From: Stegostoma tigrinum
Lineage: Eukaryota
Direction: 5' to 3'
DNA length: 64,000 bases
Assembly (NCBI RefSeq): GCF_030684315.1
Contig: NC_081377.1
Coordinates: 30,132,001 to 30,196,000, forward strand
The notes beneath the pieces were generated by a model. The model was not told the DNA's origin. It ran no database searches and saw only the letters and a list, made by a program, of their open reading frames with translations. The stretch's first letter is position 1; every line of letters begins with the position of its first letter. The translations under genes and the position numbers were made by a program. Positions 24,628 through 37,517 of this stretch are shown one piece after another.

Positions 24628-25511
24628 TTTTCAAGGACCACAACTTCGGCCTCACAGTGGTCGAGAACACCCTTGACCGTGTCGCCCGCAACTCATTCCT
24701 CACACCTCTTCCCCGCAATAACACCTGCCCCCACACCTCCCGCCTCACCCCCATCCCAGGTCCCAAGAAGACTTTCCACATCAAGCAGACGTTCACGTCA
24801 CCTATGCTAATGTGGTATACTGTATCCGCTTTTCCAGATGGGCCTCCTCTACAATCGGGGAAACCAAGCAGAGGCTTGGGGACCGCTTTGCAGAACACCT
24901 ATGCTCAGTTTGCACCTCCCAGTCATGAACCATTTCAACTCCCCCTCCCATTCCTCAGACGACATGTCTATCCTGGGCCTCCGGCAGTGCCACAATGATG
25001 CCACCTGATGAGTTGCAGGAACAGCAACTCATATTCTGCTTGGGAACCCTGCAGTCCAATGGTATCAATGTGGACTTCACAAGCTTCAAAATCTCCCCTC
25101 CCCCTACCTCATCCCAAAATCAGCACAGCTTGTCCCTGCCTCCCTAACCTGTCTTTCCTCCCACCTATCCCGTCCTCTCACCTCAGGCCCCACCCCCATC
25201 TCCTAACTACTAACCTCATCCCGCCCCCTTGACCTGTCCGTCCTCCCTGGACCGACCTATCTCCTCCTTTACTCCCCACCTACACTCACCTTTACTGGCT
25301 CCAACTCTGCCTCTTTGACCTGTCTGTCTCCTCTCCACCTATCTTCTCCTCTATCCATCTTCAATCTGCCTCCCCCTCTCTACCTATTTATTTCAGAACC
25401 CCCTTCCCCATCTCTATTTCTAAAGAAGGGTCTAGGCCCGAAATGTCAGCCTTCCTGCTCATCTGATGCTGCTTGGCTGGCTGTGTTCATTCAGCTCCAC
25501 ACCTTGTTATC
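24628..25511 (+). mobile_element. Internally deleted Penelope-like element 3' part
   Basis: Colinear with the 16420-17597 arm (FKDHNF..VVENTLDRV..., TCPHTSRLTPIPGPKKTFHIKQ); ends at accttgttatc. Confidence 0.85.
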
Positions 25512-25638
25512 AAAGCACAGAGTGGAATGCATTACTAGCTGATTTACTCAAATAAACATAAACAAAGAAACATACAATCACTCATGTTGATGAGTGACCT
25601 CTCACTATTTTTACATACAAATACCGACCTGGTCTCAC

Positions 25639-25785
25639 CTGAACGATGCCAACCAAAGTTCATGGTTTTAGTTGCAGGCCGAGAAGAAATCCACAGTGAG
25701 AACAAGCTGACAAGCATGGTGGCAAAATCTGTCAAAAGATGAGCGGCATCAGTCATGATAGCCAGACTCTGGGCCAAGTATCCCC
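25639..25785 (-). CDS. SLC30A2: SLC30A2 exon 3 (147 nt)
   Basis: attcag|GG...TCAG|gtgaga; [48 protein letters not shown] (CDF signature, HxxxD). Confidence 0.97.
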
Positions 25786-26549
25786 CTGAATGAGAGAGAC
25801 AGATCATAGGCAAGGATCAGAACAAAGGATTTCAGTATCCTCCCTATTTATTCCAATATCCCGAGTATCCAGGATAATACCTTGACACAATATCCCTACT
25901 CCATTTTAATTTTCTGCCCATCTCTACAAGAAAGTTTCCCTTTCTGGACATAATTTCAGCACTAACTGTTTTACAAATAACCAAACTTCAAGGATGAAGA
26001 AGTTTTATTCATCTAGTTAATCCTAAATTCTGTTCTAATGTATGTACACATGTCCTTTACCATTAGAAACGGTCAAGAGTGAAAATTCTGGATGATTTCA
26101 ATCATCCTTCCCAAATACACCAAGGCTGATTGAAATGACCCACCCAAGCATGGGCATGGTTGACTCAGCAAAGTCAATTTCTGACTCGTGGTTCTTTACT
26201 AAATTGGATCTGATAAAAGGGAGGTATTTTCAAAAAAAATGGCTTAAGCATATTCTTTAATGGAACCCAAATAACACCAGTTTCAAACCAAACATAGAAT
26301 TGAAATGCTTGGATGGTCCAGCCACAAAATTATCTTTCCATTCTTTTGTAGAAGAGTAGCCACAACTCAGAGGATGGCACAAAGCTGGCTGTGGTGTCTG
26401 TCCTTCATCAAGCTGGACACAAGCCATGTTTACCTTCAGCTGCAGTTCAACCAGAATTCCCAGAAGTATGGCACTATGAACCCTATAGGGGTCAGTATTA
26501 ATATACAAGACTGTCATTTGGAGTATCATCAGCCTGTGCCATTTTTCAG

Positions 26550-29094
26550 CAGACGATAGATAACATTTTACAAGGTTTAATCCAGGTCCCCATTTATCTG
26601 GTTGACATGCTAATAACAGGGAAGACCAATATAGAGCAATTAGAGAACTTTGAAATAGTCCTTAGATGTTTCTCCCAGATAGGTAAATGTCTTAGAAGGG
26701 AAAAATGTGTGTTCCAGGCACTCTAAGTGACCTACTTGGGTTACAGAGTCAACAAAACTGGGTTATACATTTTGCAGGATAAAGTGAGGACAATCAAAGG
26801 AGCCCCAGCTCCCATGCCTGTACCGGAGCTTGATGAATTTATTATGGCAAGTTCATTCGTAACGTGGCCTTCATCCTGGCACACTTACACCTGTTATTGA
26901 CAAAGGGTCAGCCTTATAAATGGTGTCATAGCCCAAATGTAGGCAAGTAAAGAAGCAGCTATCATCTATGGTGTTGGCCCACTATGATCCCAAGCAAGAT
27001 CTGGTGCTGACATGTGGTGCTTCCCTGTACAGTATCAGGATAACGTTGGCACACAGATGGACCATTGGAGAGGAACACCCAATAGCGTACGGTTCCTGAA
27101 CTTCGGCTGATGCAGTGTGCAAATACACAAAGAAGAAGAAGGAAGGTTTAGCAGTGAGAAAATACCACCACTATCCTTATGGACGTAAATTTGTAATAGT
27201 AACAGACCACAAACCCCTGCTAGGTTTACTGGACAAGGCCGTGCTGCCCATGCTTCAGGTCAAATCCAGTGATGGGCTCTCATTCTAATTGCACACAATT
27301 ACAAGTTGGAACACCATCTGAGAGTCCAAGTAACAAATGTGAATGCATTGAGCCACCTCCTGCTGGCAGATGCACCACTGGTGGTGTCACCACTCGAAGA
27401 GTCCATTCTAGTTTTAAACTTCACGGACTCCCTTCTTATCATCACTGACAATATCACACTGTGGACACAAAGAGATCAAGTCCTGGCAAAACTGAAATAG
27501 TTGGTGGTGATGGAGAAACAAATGGGCGGTCACATTAGAATCAAAACCTTCCAGGACCTGGTGAGACCAGATCTCCATAGAGGACAGCATATTATTACGG
27601 GGAGTAACAGTGTTTGTCCTGAGTAAAGACTGGCTGAACTCAAACAGGGTTATCCAGGGATTTCAAAAATGAAAATGTTGGTGAGAAGTTATGTCTGGTT
27701 GCCAGAATTGGATGCAGATATAGCCCTATTGGTGGGGCAGTACCAGGGTGCCAACAAGGTCAAAAATTACCACAAATTTGTGCCAATGACAGGATATACC
27801 CTGGACTCAGTTACACATTGACTACACTGGTCCTTTCATGTGTTCAACATTCTTATTCATTGTGGATGCCCACAGAAGGTGATTGGACATGCATTGAGTT
27901 CATTTGTCAAACACGGGGGAAGACAACAGAAAAACTACATGTATCTTTTGCAATGCACAGTCTTCCTGGAAGTGCCAGTCACAGATAACGAGCCATCAGT
28001 TACCAGCAAAGAATTTGAGTATTTTCTAAAGTCAAACGGCATTCAGCATATAAGCACAGCTCCAACCCATTCATCTTTCAGAGGTCTGGCAGAAAGAGCA
28101 ATCCAAATTTTGAAAGCAGGCTTAAAGAAGCAGCCTGTAGCTTCACTCGATAACAAGTTGTCCAGATTCCTTTCTGATTATCAGGCCTCCCCTCACGTGA
28201 CTAGTGATAGCTCCAGCAGAGCTGCCAATGAAGAGAACACTCCGCACCAGATTAAATCTGAACTTCCTGGATCGGGGGGGGGGGGGGGGGGGGGGGGGTG
28301 GGGTGGTGGTGATGGTGGTGGTGTGGGGGGTGAGGGGAATGTGGTGTGAAACGGCATCAGGAAAGCCAATGCAGGACACAAGACTCCTCCTCTAAGCAAG
28401 GGACATAGATTGCTTCAGGGGATGAATTTGGTTCTGAAAGATGGAAATGGGTAAGGGGCATGGTCAATGCGAGGTCAGGTCCCTTGGTGTACAAAGTTTG
28501 GGTAGGTGAAGCAGTGCTGCACAAGTATGAAGAGCACATGAAAACTGCAAAGGGGGCAGGAGCAAAACATCCCCAACCCCTCAAAACAGCCGGAAGACTG
28601 TCAGGACACAGAGGTTCTCACCCTCCATCTAGCATCAAAGAAACTTTGGAATCTGAGATGGACGTGGCAGATGTCACATCTTCAATACCTTTACTGCCTG
28701 AAGTGGAGGATGAACTTCTTCTGAGACACTCTGGGCACATAGGATAGGCAATGGTCCAGTACACATGCCTGTAACTGAGGCGGAACTGGAGGAACTAGAC
28801 CTGGTGCAAAAATTTTCCAGGAGAGGCTGCAAGTCTCTGGACTTATACAGGGAGAGATGTAATGGCTGTAGCAAGGTCGGCCAGGTCGATCTCATAGGAT
28901 ATGAGTTCTTTGATTGGAGCTATTAACCTGGTCCAACCAGGCAGCCATGGCTGACGGCTATAAACAGGAGTGTCAGAGGTTCTGTTCACTCTGAAACTTA
29001 GCTCTAAGGAAGGCCAGCCCAGTGTCAAATACTGCGCACATGTAAATAAAGAGTGACTTGGTGACAGGATACCAGCCTCTGCCCAGTTATTTCA
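26550..29094 (+). mobile_element. 5'-truncated, degenerate Ty3/Gypsy LTR retrotransposon (RT end, RNase H, integrase, PPT, 3' LTR)
   Basis: RNase H-like 'FVIVTDHKPLLGL' near 27190; integrase 'VTDNEPSVTSKEFEYFLKSNGIQHISTAPTHSSFRGLAERAIQILK'; domain order RT-RH-IN; PPT agggagaga then TG at 28858. Confidence 0.85.
28858..29094 (+). repeat. 3' LTR of the Gypsy element
   Basis: Starts tgtaat right after the PPT and ends ttatttca; internal tataaa at about 28959 and aataaa at about 29045. Confidence 0.75.
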
Positions 29095-29321
29095 CATGGT
29101 GCTATTAAAAGAGCAAAGATTAGTCCTGCCTACTGTCCTGGTCAAGATTCATATCTCAACCAATATCATGTAGCAATTATCAAGTTCCTGTTTGTGTGAG
29201 CTTGCTGCGCACAACTGTCAGCTGCATTTCCCATATTACCACAGTGGTTACACTTCAAAAATTGCCTATGAAGTGCTTTGGGGCATGCTAAAGATGTTAA
29301 ATATACCAGATATTCACAATA

Positions 29322-29600
29322 GATAACAAGATATAGAGCTGAATGAACACAGCAGTCCAAGCAGCATCAGAGGAGCAGGAAAGCTGACTTCAGAAATGTC
29401 TACGCCCAAAATGTCAGCCTCCCTGCTCCTCTGATGCTGCTTGGCCTGCTGTGTTCATCCAGCTCGACATCTTAGAACATAGAACATTACAGCACAGTAC
29501 AGACCCTTCGGCCCTCGATGTTGTGCCGACCTGTCATACCAATCTGAAGCCCATATCTTGTCATCTCAGATTCTCCAGCATTGGCAGTTCCCACTATCCC
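29322..29600. mobile_element. Palindromic PLE-derived element with an inserted SINE/LINE tail fragment
   Basis: Arms gaacacagcagtccaagcagcatcagaggagcagg / cctgctcctctgatgctgcttggcctgctgtgttc; insert agaacatagaacattacagc... at about 29473-29550. Confidence 0.7.
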
Positions 29601-29632
29601 AGATAATTACAAGTTGTTGTTTCCTTCTTTAC

Positions 29633-29841
29633 CTATTACTTCACTAATTATAAAGACCAAGCAGACAGCAGAAGCTAGATACAGCCTCCTACGGGCAATC
29701 TCTTTATCTACGTCCTTATGATCTCCAGAGGATTGGCTGGAATGGCAATGCCCAGGCTCCAGTTGTTCTAGAACAGGGTCCACACGTGTCTGACCGTCAT
29801 GCAACTTGGTTGACAAGGTTTCACGGCCCTCCAGGGACGTG
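29633..29841 (-). CDS. SLC30A2: SLC30A2 exon 2 (209 nt)
   Basis: ttttag|C...ATAG|gtaaag; TSLEG...EPGHCHSSQ...ARRRLYLASAVCLVFIISEVI (HCH motif, TM1). Confidence 0.93.
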
Positions 29842-30794
29842 CTAAAAACCAAAAGAAGAAAACAAAACCTATAATTATAATGAAGGGAAATGGCAATATA
29901 GTGGTAATGTCAGTTTACTAATAATCCAGAGGCCCAGACTCATGCTGAGTTCAAATCCCCCTACATGACAGCTGTTGGAAACTAAATTTAATCAACAAAT
30001 GTCTTTACGTTACAAAGTACAGACTATGATCTTCAATTTCCACTGGTCAATTTAATACCTGGAATTTATGTGCAAGGAAACAGCTTCTAAGAAAGGAACT
30101 CAAAACACTGGCATAAAATGGCCACAGTGATCATCTGACTCACACAGGTTAGTTTCATTAAATCAGTATGGATTAGATCAAATGTAGTCTGAACTGAAAT
30201 TAACATTCTCCTTAAGGGCATTCAAATCAGTCCCGTGAGAAGATTGAAACGGTTCTTATGTGCTATTTGACCCACACCATTATGAGAATCTTTACATGTT
30301 AGAGGTAAAGAATTTATTGCACTTATCCATCCAAATAACATCCCCACGAACATGGAATATATACTCAGCTTTTATTACAAAGGAGCTTATTTGGCAAACC
30401 AAGAGAACTAGAATTGAGAAAGCAGAACTGATCATACGTTGAGAATTTTGAAAAGCGTGAAGATTTGCTTCAGTAGCTACAGTTGAAGAGGTGCTACAGG
30501 GGAAAGTTAGATCTAAACCAGCAATACATTGATCTCACTGCATCAAAACCTTTGAAACAACTGGAAAAGTAATTCACTGTTATTGGATTTTTAAAATCTT
30601 CTCTGCATTCTTTACCTCCCTCTACCTTAAACTTATTTGTTTTATTTTTCTTTGCATGTGATTGTCTGATAGCAGATTTGGGAACTGGATTATTGCTTTA
30701 ATCAAGCTTTATGTGTGCTGTTTTAATAGTTCTTTTTCTAAAAAAAACCTTGAATGAGTTTTGTTAATAAATACAAATTTAAAACACAACAGAA

Positions 30795-31008
30795 TCTAAA
30801 CAAAAAAAACTGCAGATGCTGAAAATCCAAAACAAAAACAAAAATAGCTGGAGAAACTCAGCAGGTTTGGCAACATCTATGGACAGAAAACCGAGTTAAT
30901 AGTTTTGGTCCAGTAATCCCTTTTCAGGATTAAGCAGTACACAAAATGTTAACTCTATTTTCTCTCCACAAATGCTGTCAGAGCTGCTGGGTTTCTCCAG
31001 CAATTTGA
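30795..31008. mobile_element. Palindromic PLE-derived short element (old)
   Basis: Arms gctggagaaactcagcag...gagttaa / ttaactc...ctgctgggtttctccagc. Confidence 0.7.
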
Positions 31009-32626
31009 GAATCTGTCATTTGAGAATCCAACAAGCGAATCTGCCCAATTTATTTCTCTATATCAGGTATGATTAAGCTTTTCAAAAAAAATTGCAATTT
31101 AAAATTCACTTTTGGTAATTACAGTTTCATACATTAGGAAAGGAAAATAACTTATTCATCTTTTCATCTTAATAGACTTGTAACAATAAAATTTGGAACT
31201 GAAAACTAATCTTAGTGGTGGTAGCCATGAAATTATTGGTAATTATCTTATGAACCCATCTAGTTCACTATTAACGTTTAGGACAGGAAATTTGATAGGC
31301 TTATGTGGTAAGACGGATACGTGACGTTCAACCTTCAACAATGTGGTTAACACTTAACTGTTCTCATGGGCAATAAAGATTGCCCTTACCAGTAACGTCC
31401 ACATCACATGACTGAGTTTAAAAAAAAACAGTCAATTCAACGCTCTGAATGCCTTTGCCCACCTTTTCTATCAGTTCTCTCTTTTTAATTCCAATTTCCT
31501 GCTGTTTTCTGACAGAATTCCATACCCTTACCTTCAAAGCCTGATTCTAGTACTGATAAATTTTGCAAAAATGGCCTGCTGCGGGTATCTAGGGGTTCCT
31601 GATTTCACTCTACTTTTTGTAAAGGCTCTACTACCCAGTTTATCACTGCAAAAGTACTGCTTTCTTCAGGCTTTTGCCCTTTTCAAAATTATGTTCTAAG
31701 GTATAAATCGCCAGTTTAGGTTGGGTTAAATAAAATTCAAAACAAAAATGTTTAATTTTTTTTAGGCAGCTCGCCTTGCTACTGTCATTTCCCATGGCAC
31801 TAGGGATACTCTGCAAGTTGTCAGATTGACTTTAGTCTCTTGCTACGTATGGATTGTTGTGATGTAAGAAAGATGGCAGCCAGTGGCCAATTTCAGTCGT
31901 ACCTCAAGTGCTTTGGGACAGCCAGCTCTCACTGAAGGCACTTTTTCAATGCAAGTCTTTTAGCCCGCTTCTCTAACTACTAGCTTTCAAAAGCAAATCT
32001 TGGCATTGTTCCAGCTTTATTTCATGTTACTTTCTTTCATCGGGATTTCCCTGTACTCCCACCATCTTTTTTTTCTTCCCCTCATCCCTTGCTGGTTCCT
32101 CCAGTTTCTTGTTTGTGTTCTCACCCAAGCAACCGTTCTTCCATGTCGCGAGGCAGGAAGCTATCCGAGTGTAATGGGCATCGCATATTTGATGCAATTC
32201 TTGCCCCACTTCCATTTCCAGAAACACGCATCATCCCATTGGTGAAGGGGGAAGTGCTGGAGAAATTCAGCATGTACGGCATCTTTAGAGAGTCTCAACA
32301 CCCGAACCTGGTCTCCCCATAGATGCTACCAGATCTGCCGAGGTTCCCCAGTACTTGCTGACTTTTTTTTAAAATTTAGATCTCCAGCATTCGCTGTTTA
32401 CTCAGGAATTTCATTTTCACCTCTCTGACTTAGCAACGAGTGCAGTTTTTCTCCCAAGTTAGTGACCAAAACCAGGAACGTGGAATTCTAACACTACATC
32501 CAAACAGCAAGAGTCAAAGAGTTTTTGAATTTCGCAACAACCCTGCACGAGGATCAAAAGGGTGATGTTAAAGGTTATTTTTGAAAGCGGTCGAGAAGAG
32601 GCAGAGAGTTTTTGACTATCACTCAC

Positions 32627-32697
32627 CCGGCGGAGGAACTGCTTCTCGGGACCAGAGAGTTCTTCAGAAGCGGAGACGTTTCACGCATTTCATCCAT
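32627..32697 (-). CDS. SLC30A2: SLC30A2 exon 1 coding part (71 nt)
   Basis: gcgATGG Kozak context; MDEMRETSPLLKNSLVPRSSSSA(G); strong donor GG|gtgagt; phase 2 joins exon 2 in frame; lies in a CpG-enriched region. Confidence 0.85.
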
Positions 32698-32884
32698 CGC
32701 TTTCCCAACTTCTAAACTCGAGGCGAGATCTCACAGTTTGGAGCAAGTTCCCGGGGGACTTCAAATAAAAAGCTGCAGATTTCCTCTGAGGAGGTTAAAG
32801 TGATCAGGAGACCTGGGCCGTGTGTTCTGGCATTTTTTTTATCTGGAGTTTCGGACCGTGTGGAATTACTGAAGCCGGCTCTCT

Positions 32885-32895
32885 CCGTGTGCAAA
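32885..32895 (-). promoter_or_regulatory. Metal response element (MTF-1 site)
   Basis: Minus strand TTTGCACACGG contains the TGCRCNC core plus GG flank, about 190 nt upstream of the SLC30A2 ATG. Confidence 0.7.
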
Positions 32896-33274
32896 TAGCA
32901 ACTCGGGGGCAAACGAGGAAACAACTTTAAAGCAAAGATACGGGCGAGCTTTCCAAATATCATAAGTACGCCTGAAAATTGAAACCTTACCGATAAGCCC
33001 GTTCAAAAGTAACATTTTTATTTCACCAACGTGGGTTTTTGGTGGGAAATTTACACAAACTCACAGCGTTATAGATAAATGAGTGTTATTCCGCTCCGGC
33101 TCAATCTCCTGGTGTTCGCACGGCTCGCCTAAGCAAAAGGAGCTTCTCACAGTTCAACAACAAACCTGCATTTCCACGCGTGGGACTGTGAACCAGAGTG
33201 CTGAGGATCAGGCTGAGCCAGCTGCGTACGTGTAACTGCAGAGGGAACACTCACTGTGTAGGCGGCGCCTGGGA

Positions 33275-33578
33275 TCATAGAGTCCTAGCCGCGTGTGGAA
33301 ACAGACCATTCAGCCCAACAAATCTACACCGCCCCTCCCGAAGAGCATCCCACCCAGAACCACCCCCCCCCTACCTTTTCCTCATGTTTAATCCACACGC
33401 CCCTAGGCACTATAGCATTGACCAGTCCACCTAATCTGCACATTTTTGGACTGTGGAAGGAAACCCACACAGGCCGAGGGGAGAATGTGCAAACTCTACA
33501 CAGACCATCACCCGAGGCTGGAATCGAACCCCAAGCGCTCTGAGGTAGCAGTGCTAACTACTGAGCCACCGTGCTGCT
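33275..33578 (-). mobile_element. HE1-like SINE
   Basis: Minus strand gcagcacggtggctcagtagttagcactgct...ggttcgattcc (A/B boxes) through gggctgaatggtctgtttcc tail. Confidence 0.8.
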
Positions 33579-33848
33579 GCAAGAAAGGCTAGCTAAACGC
33601 CTGCACTCAATGATGATGATCATCCATTGGGCAATTCAGAGCTATCTAACAACTGCAGAACTAATAACGTATTGCTTTTCAAACGATTATCTGATGTGCA
33701 GCACCGTGGAAGCTTTTTTTACTAGTTCAGAATTGTAGTTTTCGTTGGGTTGCCTGCATGGCTAGTTTGCAATGCACAGTGATGCCAACGCCATGCATTC
33801 AAGTCCCACATTGCATGAGGTTACAACTAAGGCTAAGATTACTCCTCA

Positions 33849-34133
33849 GCAAGTTGCCTCAGTGGTCAGCACTGCTGCCTCATAGCACCAGGGACCTGGG
33901 TTTCCTTCCACCCTCAGGCAACTGTTTGTGTGGAGTTTGCACATTCTATCCTGTGTCTGCATGGGTTTCCTCCCATAGTCCGTTTAGGTGGATTGGCTAT
34001 GCTAAATTTTTGCAGGCTTGGTGGATTAGCCATTGTAAAGGTGGTGATGGGGTGTCTGTCTGTCTGGGATACTCTTTGGAGGAACAGTGTGGGCTGAATA
34101 GCCTGATGCCACACTTTAGGGAGTCTATGATTC
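33849..34133 (+). mobile_element. HE1-like SINE
   Basis: cctcagtggtcagcactgctgcctcatagcaccagggacc...tgtgtggagtttgcacattct...gggctgaatagcctg. Confidence 0.75.
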
Positions 34134-34479
34134 TCAACCTCTCCCCTCACCTGAGGCACAGTGACCTTAAGGCCAAACACTTACCTGCCATCGCACACTG
34201 GTCAGAGAGTAGCCCTCTGCGACAATGATGACTTCTGCTTACTTTCACACAGCCTGGCATCAGAGCAGGGCAGAGACAAGCTCAGAGTTGGGCAGCAAGC
34301 CAGGATGTGGGGTGGTGGAACAATTTCTCAGTGGGGCAGCCAGCCACTTGCTGGAGTGGGGAGTGAGACAAGCTCATGGTGGGATGAAGAGATGAGCACT
34401 GGTTTGGTTGGTGATCCATGGTTAACTAGAAAAGTTAAAAGAAAAAGTATTGAGTTGCTTTTAATTGAAAATTGGTAGC

Positions 34480-36730
34480 AGGTCAGAAGGTTGGGCAGAA
34501 TGTAAACAAGCAAAAAAAGACTAAAAAACTCATAAGGATGGAAAGTTAGCTCAAAATATAAAAAACAGATACTAAGGGTTTCTATAGATATTTAAACAGG
34601 AAAGACATTAACAATCTGAGAGTTGTCCTGTAGGAAGTGAGTCTGGAAAATTAGAATTAGAAAATAAGGAGATGGCAGGTGAATTGAATAGTTTTTTATT
34701 CATGTTCACTATAGAGTATACAAAAAACATCCCAGAATTGGCTGCAAATCAGGAAATAGAATGGAGAGAGGAATTCACAATTACAATCACAAGAAAAGTG
34801 GTACTGAGCAAATTGTTGAAGTTGTGAGTTGAAAAGTCCCCAGTTACCATTAGACTACATCTTTTAACAAAATGAAAGATTACTGAGATAACGATAGTTT
34901 GATTTTAATTCTCCAAAATTCACTAGATTCAGTAAAGACTGGAAAACAGCAAATGTAGTTCCTTTCATCACAAAAGGAGGAAAATTACAGGCCAGTTAGC
35001 TTAACATCTATCATTGGGAAAAATTTAGAAGTTATTATTAACTGAGTTACAAGAGGGCACTTTGACATCATCAAGGTAAACAGACAGAGTCACCATTGTT
35101 TTATGATAGGTAAATTATGTTTAAAATAATTAAAGGGAAACTGGTGGATGTACTGTACTAAAATTTCCAAGGGGCCACATAGGGTTATTGTGGAAAGCAG
35201 TCATGTAGTGGATGGGGTAATATATTGGCATGGATAGAAGATTGGCTATTGTGCAGGAAACAGAAGACATAAATTGGTTAACAAATTGTCATGAGTTTAT
35301 GTTACGGGGATCAATGCTGGGTCCCCAACTTTTCACAATTTACGTAAGTGAATTGGATGAATGAATCAAAGTTATATTTGCTAAATTTGCTGATTATACA
35401 TACAAAGGTAGAAAAGTAAGGTGCAAAGACAACACAAGGAGACCATAATTGGATATAGATAGGCTAACAGAGTGGATAAGATCTAGCAAATAGTGTATAA
35501 TGAGGGAAATGTGAAATTTTTCATTTGGCAGGAAATTTAAAAAAGATGCATATTATGTGAGTGAAGGGATGATCCCGAACTGAGATGATGAGGAATTTCT
35601 TCAGTCAGAGGATAGTGCATCTGTGAAACTCATAGTTCATAGAATGCCATGGGGGGCAATTCATTAAGTGTCTTTAAGACAGAGATAGATAGACTGTTGA
35701 TGAGTAAGGGGATCAAGAGTTAGGGAGGTATGGCAGGAGAATGGGGTTGAGAAACGTTTGCCAAGGTCAAATGGTGGAGCAACCCTAATGGGCCGAATGG
35801 CTTGATTCTGCTCCGATATCTTTTGGTCTTATTATTATCTAAATGATGAACAATTTGAGAACTCTGAAATGTAGAGTGAACCTGATCTCCTGGCACAGTA
35901 TTTGCAAATGTTATTAGGTGAATACAGCAAGTAATTTTGAAAACTAAAAAAAGTATCAATTATTGTGTAGGGAATTGAATTCAAAGTAGGAATGTTATAC
36001 TTCGTTATCCAGGTGAGACTCTACACAACACTAGTTCCCTTTGTTAAGGAAGTTTATAAATGCATTGGAAGCAGTTCAGAGAAATATTTTTAAACTTATA
36101 GTTGAAATTTGCAGGAAAGGTTGGACATGTTAAGCTTTGTTCAAATGAAGATTAGCAGAGTAAGAAATGATTTGATTGGAATATGAATGTTTCTGAGGGG
36201 TCTTGACAAATGAAGTGAGAATGATATTTCCCTTGCAGGAGAATCTGGAATCAGGAGTCACTCTTTTAAAATCGGGAGTCACCATTCTGAGACAAAGGGG
36301 AGAAGAAGTTCTTTCTCACAGAGGGTCATGAGACTTAGACTGCCCTTCCCATGATCTTACTGCATGTTGGAGCAGATTTAAGGTGCTGAAAGGCCTCCTC
36401 CTATCCTCTCCCTAATTTGAATATTTGTCTTTATTAGGTCTTTAATATAATAAAATATCCCATGACAATAATACAAGTTTATATGTATTTATAAGTCTTG
36501 ATGAAGGAATCAAACGTCTGGAAACTACATTTGCTGATGATTTGTTGATATTTAGGAAAGTAGGTCAAAAAAGTACATAAGGAGTCTGCAAAGGGCCTTT
36601 GATTAATTAAATGGGCATATATTTCTTAGCTGGAGTATAATGCAGGAAAAGATTTATTTGTGCACTTTGACAGAAAGAATAGAAAACCAATATATTACCA
36701 GATAGAGAGCACAGGGGGATCTAGGTATTA
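34480..36730 (+). mobile_element. Cluster of degenerate CR1 LINE fragments
   Basis: RT relics 'GSMLGPQLFTIYV..LD...KFAD' near 35305-35400 and 'NYRPVSLTSI' near 34985; many stops and frameshifts. Confidence 0.75.
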
Positions 36731-37027
36731 TTGAATCCGTACAGTGTGGAAACAAGCCCTTCAGCCCAACAAGTCCACACTGACCTTCAGAGCAACGCAC
36801 CCAGACCCATCCACCTAATCTACACATCCTGGAACACTATGGACAATTTAGCATGGCCAATCCACCTAGCTCGCACATCTTTGGACTGTGGGAGGAAAGT
36901 GGAGCACCTGGAGGAAGCCCTGGGAGAACGTGCAAATTTTATACAGACAGCCACCCAAGAGTGGCATTGAACTTGGTTTCCCGGTGCTGTGAGGCAGAAA
37001 ATGTTAACCACTGAGCCACCGTGCTGT
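36731..37027 (-). mobile_element. HE1-like SINE
   Basis: Minus strand cagcacggtggctcagtggttaac...caagttcaatgcc...cccacagtccaaagatgtgc. Confidence 0.8.
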
Positions 37028-37213
37028 CTATCTTGGTGCATGGATTGTAGGAAGTTACTATTTATTCCAGGTAGAGTGTTGTTAGCAAGAAGAGGGAATG
37101 GAATTTAAAAGTAAAGTAGGAATAGTTTGTTTCAGTTGTACAGAGCATTGGTGAGATCACTTCTGAAGTGTCATATACTTTTTTGTCTCCTTATTTAAGA
37201 GCATCTTAAACAG

Positions 37214-37515
37214 GGAGGCACAGTGGCTCATTGGTTAGCAGGGCAGCCTTACAGCACCAGGGACCCAGGTTCAATTCCAGCCACAGGTGACTGTCTGTGT
37301 GGAGTTCCTCCAGGTGCTCTGGTTTCTTCCCACAATGTAAAGATGTGCAGGGTAGGTGGATTGGCTGTGCTATACAGCCCAGGGATGGTTAAGTTGGGTG
37401 AGTTAGACATGGGAAATGCAGGGATAGGGGAATAGGCCAGGGTGGGATGCCACATGGGGCATAGGGACCACATGGACTTGTTGAGCTAAATGGCCTGTCC
37501 CCACCTCTAGGGATA
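37214..37515 (+). mobile_element. HE1-like SINE
   Basis: ggcacagtggctcattggttagca...gggacccaggttcaattccagcc. Confidence 0.8.
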
Positions 37516-37517
37516 TG

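Noticed and set aside
27840-28349. 169-aa integrase-containing ORF as a domesticated gene
   Set aside because: Surrounded by stops and frameshifts, runs into poly-G, and has an altered catalytic region; decayed Gypsy relic
13338-32697. Calling the transporter SLC30A8 (because of the MED30 neighbour) or SLC30A3
   Set aside because: Motifs such as [26 protein letters not shown] and GTPKG, plus adjacency to TRIM63, fit SLC30A2 better; a phylogeny would be decisive
33500-33578. tRNA-like sequences with A/B boxes (also 5125, 36950, 37214)
   Set aside because: Each continues into a SINE body and tail and has no clean cloverleaf; SINE heads, not tRNA genes
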